DNA of 42,021 nucleotides, taken from NCBI GenBank assembly GCA_020061125.1, contig JAGUYV010000078.1, positions 1-42,021 of the forward strand. Direction: 5' to 3'. The notes below the pieces were generated by a model. The model worked only from the letters and a program-made list of their open reading frames with translations, was not told the DNA's origin and ran no database searches. Source of the stretch: a bacterium. GTDB lineage: Bacteria > UBP15 > UBA6099 > DSWB01. Position 1 is the stretch's first letter. Each line of letters begins with the position of its first letter. Below, in pieces: positions 40,339 through 42,021 of the stretch. The position numbers and the translations under genes were made by a program.

Positions 40339-41853
40339 ATGAAAGTCCTTTTTGCACATCTGGGCCGTGAGCACCTGGGCGTGGAATACATGTCCGCGGT
40401 GCTCAAGCAGCAGGGACACGAAACCTCGCTTGCGCTCGATCCCGGTCTGTTCGGCATCAACGACAATGTGTTTCACAACGCGCGGCTCGAACGGCGTTTT
40501 GATCAGAGCAAACGCGTGCTGCGCGCTCTCGAAGAACACCGCCCGGACCTTGCCGCGTTCACCGTGTACACGAGCACATTCCCCTGGGCGCTGCGCATGG
40601 CTCGCGAGTTCAAGCGCCGAAGCCCGCGCACGCCCATTGTGTTCGGCGGTCTGCACCCCACATTCGAGCCGGAGCGCACGCTGCAATGCCCGGACGCGGA
40701 TTTCATCATCCGCGGCGAGGGCGAAGGCGCGCTGTGCGACCTGGCTCATGCACTGGAACACGGCACAGACCCCCGAGAAATTCCCAATCTCGGATATCGC
40801 GCGCACGACGGCAGCCCGGTCCTCAACCCCCTGCGCCCTTTGATCGGCAACCTCGACGCCCTGCCCTTCCCTGACAAGGGCCTGTTCGAGCGGGATGTGA
40901 ATTTCCGGAACGATTACATCGTGCTGTGCAGCCGCGGGTGCCCGCATCGCTGCTCCTACTGCTGCGAGAACGCGCTGCACCGCCTGCACGGGCCTGGATG
41001 GTACCGGCGCCGGAGCGCGGAATCCGTGCTCCTCGAACTCGAGGAAATGAAAGCCCGCTACCGGTTCCGCGAGGTCATGTTCAACGACCCCATTCTGCTC
41101 ACGCACCGCGGCTGGCTCGAGGAGTTGCTCGAGGGATACAGACGCCGCATCCGGTTTCCGTTCCGCTGTTTCGGCCAGCCCGCGCTCATGACGGACGCCA
41201 TGGCCCTGCTGCTCAAGCACAGCGGCTGCCAGTGTGTGGAATTCGGCTTGCAGACCGTGAACGAGGACCTAAAGCGCAAAACCCTGGGCCGCACGGAAAC
41301 CAACGACCAGGCGCTGAATGCGTTCCGCATCTGCGACCGCCACGGACTGCCCTTCGATATTGACCACATGTTCGGCCTGCCCGGCGAATGCGCCGCGGAC
41401 CACGCCCGTGCCCTGGACTTCTATAAACCCCTGCGCCGCCTCAACCGTATCAAAACCCATCAACTCGTGTACTTCCCGGGCACAGCCATCACCGAGGAAG
41501 CCGCGGAGCGCGGCATCCTTGCGCCGGACGATCTGGAACGCATCCGCAGCGGCGAGGCCGGCGATTTCTTCCATGGCGGAACCAGGATAGATGCGGAAGT
41601 TGACAAACAGATTACGCGCGGGTTCGCGACCGCCATGAAACTGCTGCCCCTGGTTCCGCGCGCCGCGGTGCGCGCGCTGTCTGAAAATCCTGACCGTGCC
41701 GTTTTCTTCGCCCGCATCCCCGGTCCGATAGTGATCCTGCTCCAGGCGATCATCGCGTTGCTGCACGGCGACTACCGGTTCCCGCTCTACATCAAATACT
41801 ACGCGCTGCGACTGTGGCGCGCCCGCGGCAACACCGGCGCGCTGCCGGAATAG
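40339..41853 (+). CDS. B12-binding domain-containing (class B) radical SAM protein, function unknown
   Basis: N-terminal cobalamin-binding-domain pattern: MKVLFAHLGREHLGVEYMSAVLKQQGHE...IVFGGLHPTFEPE...DFIIRGEGEGAL. Radical SAM cluster motif CSRGCPHRCSYCC. The ORF-track start at 40264 lies in the terminator loop. The ATGs at 40330 and 40339 are the plausible starts. Confidence 0.85.
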   Translation: MKVLFAHLGREHLGVEYMSAVLKQQGHETSLALDPGLFGINDNVFHNARLERRFDQSKRVLRALEEHRPDLAAFTVYTSTFPWALRMAREFKRRSPRTPIVFGGLHPTFEPERTLQCPDADFIIRGEGEGALCDLAHALEHGTDPREIPNLGYRAHDGSPVLNPLRPLIGNLDALPFPDKGLFERDVNFRNDYIVLCSRGCPHRCSYCCENALHRLHGPGWYRRRSAESVLLELEEMKARYRFREVMFNDPILLTHRGWLEELLEGYRRRIRFPFRCFGQPALMTDAMALLLKHSGCQCVEFGLQTVNEDLKRKTLGRTETNDQALNAFRICDRHGLPFDIDHMFGLPGECAADHARALDFYKPLRRLNRIKTHQLVYFPGTAITEEAAERGILAPDDLERIRSGEAGDFFHGGTRIDAEVDKQITRGFATAMKLLPLVPRAAVRALSENPDRAVFFARIPGPIVILLQAIIALLHGDYRFPLYIKYYALRLWRARGNTGALPE

Positions 41854-41889
41854 TGAGCTGATTTATTGAGATTTCATATTCCGTTATTC

Positions 41890-42021
41890 ATGAAAAATTC
41901 AATCGGTGTCCGCGCACCCCTGCCCGTCCCGGCCGCAGTACGGGCACCCGCCTGGAGGCGGCGCCTGTTCGGACGCATGGCCTGCGCCTGGTCCCTGCGG
42001 CGCGGGTGGCGGCGCTTTGAT
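41890..42021 (+). CDS. Possible start of a downstream gene (partial, runs off the right edge)
   Basis: Own translation from the ATG at 41890 gives MKNSIGVRAPLPVPAAVRAPAWRRRLFGRMACAWSLRRGWRRFD..., open to the window end. No clear SD and an unusual Arg/Trp-rich composition. Confidence 0.2.
   Translation, partial: MKNSIGVRAPLPVPAAVRAPAWRRRLFGRMACAWSLRRGWRRFD

Noticed and set aside
40339-41853. The radical SAM gene as the missing activase of the glycyl radical enzyme at 9.3-11.8 kb.
   Set aside because: GRE activases are proteins of about 250-320 aa with the CxxxCxxC motif near the N-terminus. This protein is a roughly 500-aa class B enzyme with an N-terminal B12-binding domain, and it lies 28 kb away.

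Overview
GC-rich bacterial chromosomal window. Its gene content resembles an anaerobic Desulfovibrionales-type deltaproteobacterium, but that assignment is an inference from content only. All coordinates and motifs were read by eye; no searches were run.

Gene content, left to right:
- 1-6.9 kb, minus strand: flagellar filament-cap and flagellin-glycosylation operon. It runs fliD, unknown ORF, fliS, maf, a CapD/PglF/FlaA1-type sugar dehydratase, an SDR epimerase/dehydratase, and a truncated DegT-type aminotransferase. A textbook sigma-28 promoter drives it.
- 7.4-9.2 kb: an orphan acidic protein and a DRG/Rbg-type TGS GTPase.
- 9.3-11.8 kb: a PFL2-family glycyl radical enzyme with no activase nearby.
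- 11.86-12.51 kb: an IS200-like REP-associated tyrosine transposase bracketed by two inverted GTAG-hairpin REP elements.
- 12.7-17.7 kb: a roughly 1650-aa signal-peptide-bearing GH38 (alpha-mannosidase-like) protein.
- 18.0-22.0 kb: an iron module of Fur-FeoA fusion, DtxR-FeoA, FeoA and FeoB.
- 22.0-24.3 kb: an MBL-fold hydrolase and an outer-membrane porin-like protein, converging on a bidirectional terminator.
- 24.5-35.3 kb: a long minus-strand operon, iorA-iorB-(PaaK-like ligase)-ACT-livKHMG-(227-nt spacer)-livF-(second PaaK-like ligase).
- 35.3-40.3 kb: a lower-GC stretch. It holds an XRE regulator with a basic tail, tRNA-Arg(CCG), a 62-aa protein, a histone-H1-like/HARE-HTH protein, a Cys-rich periplasmic protein and a TPR protein.
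- 40.07-41.85 kb: a promoter, a 26-codon ORF and a terminator cassette directly upstream of an orphan B12-binding radical SAM gene.

No CRISPR array, rRNA, integrase, prophage or recognisable defence system was seen.

The best candidates for something undescribed are:
- the small-ORF/terminator/B12-rSAM cassette
- the REP-RAYT unit sitting in the GRE leader
- the giant exported GH38 protein
- the Fur-FeoA regulator fusion
- the coiled-coil/HARE-HTH/AKKA-tail nucleoid-type protein
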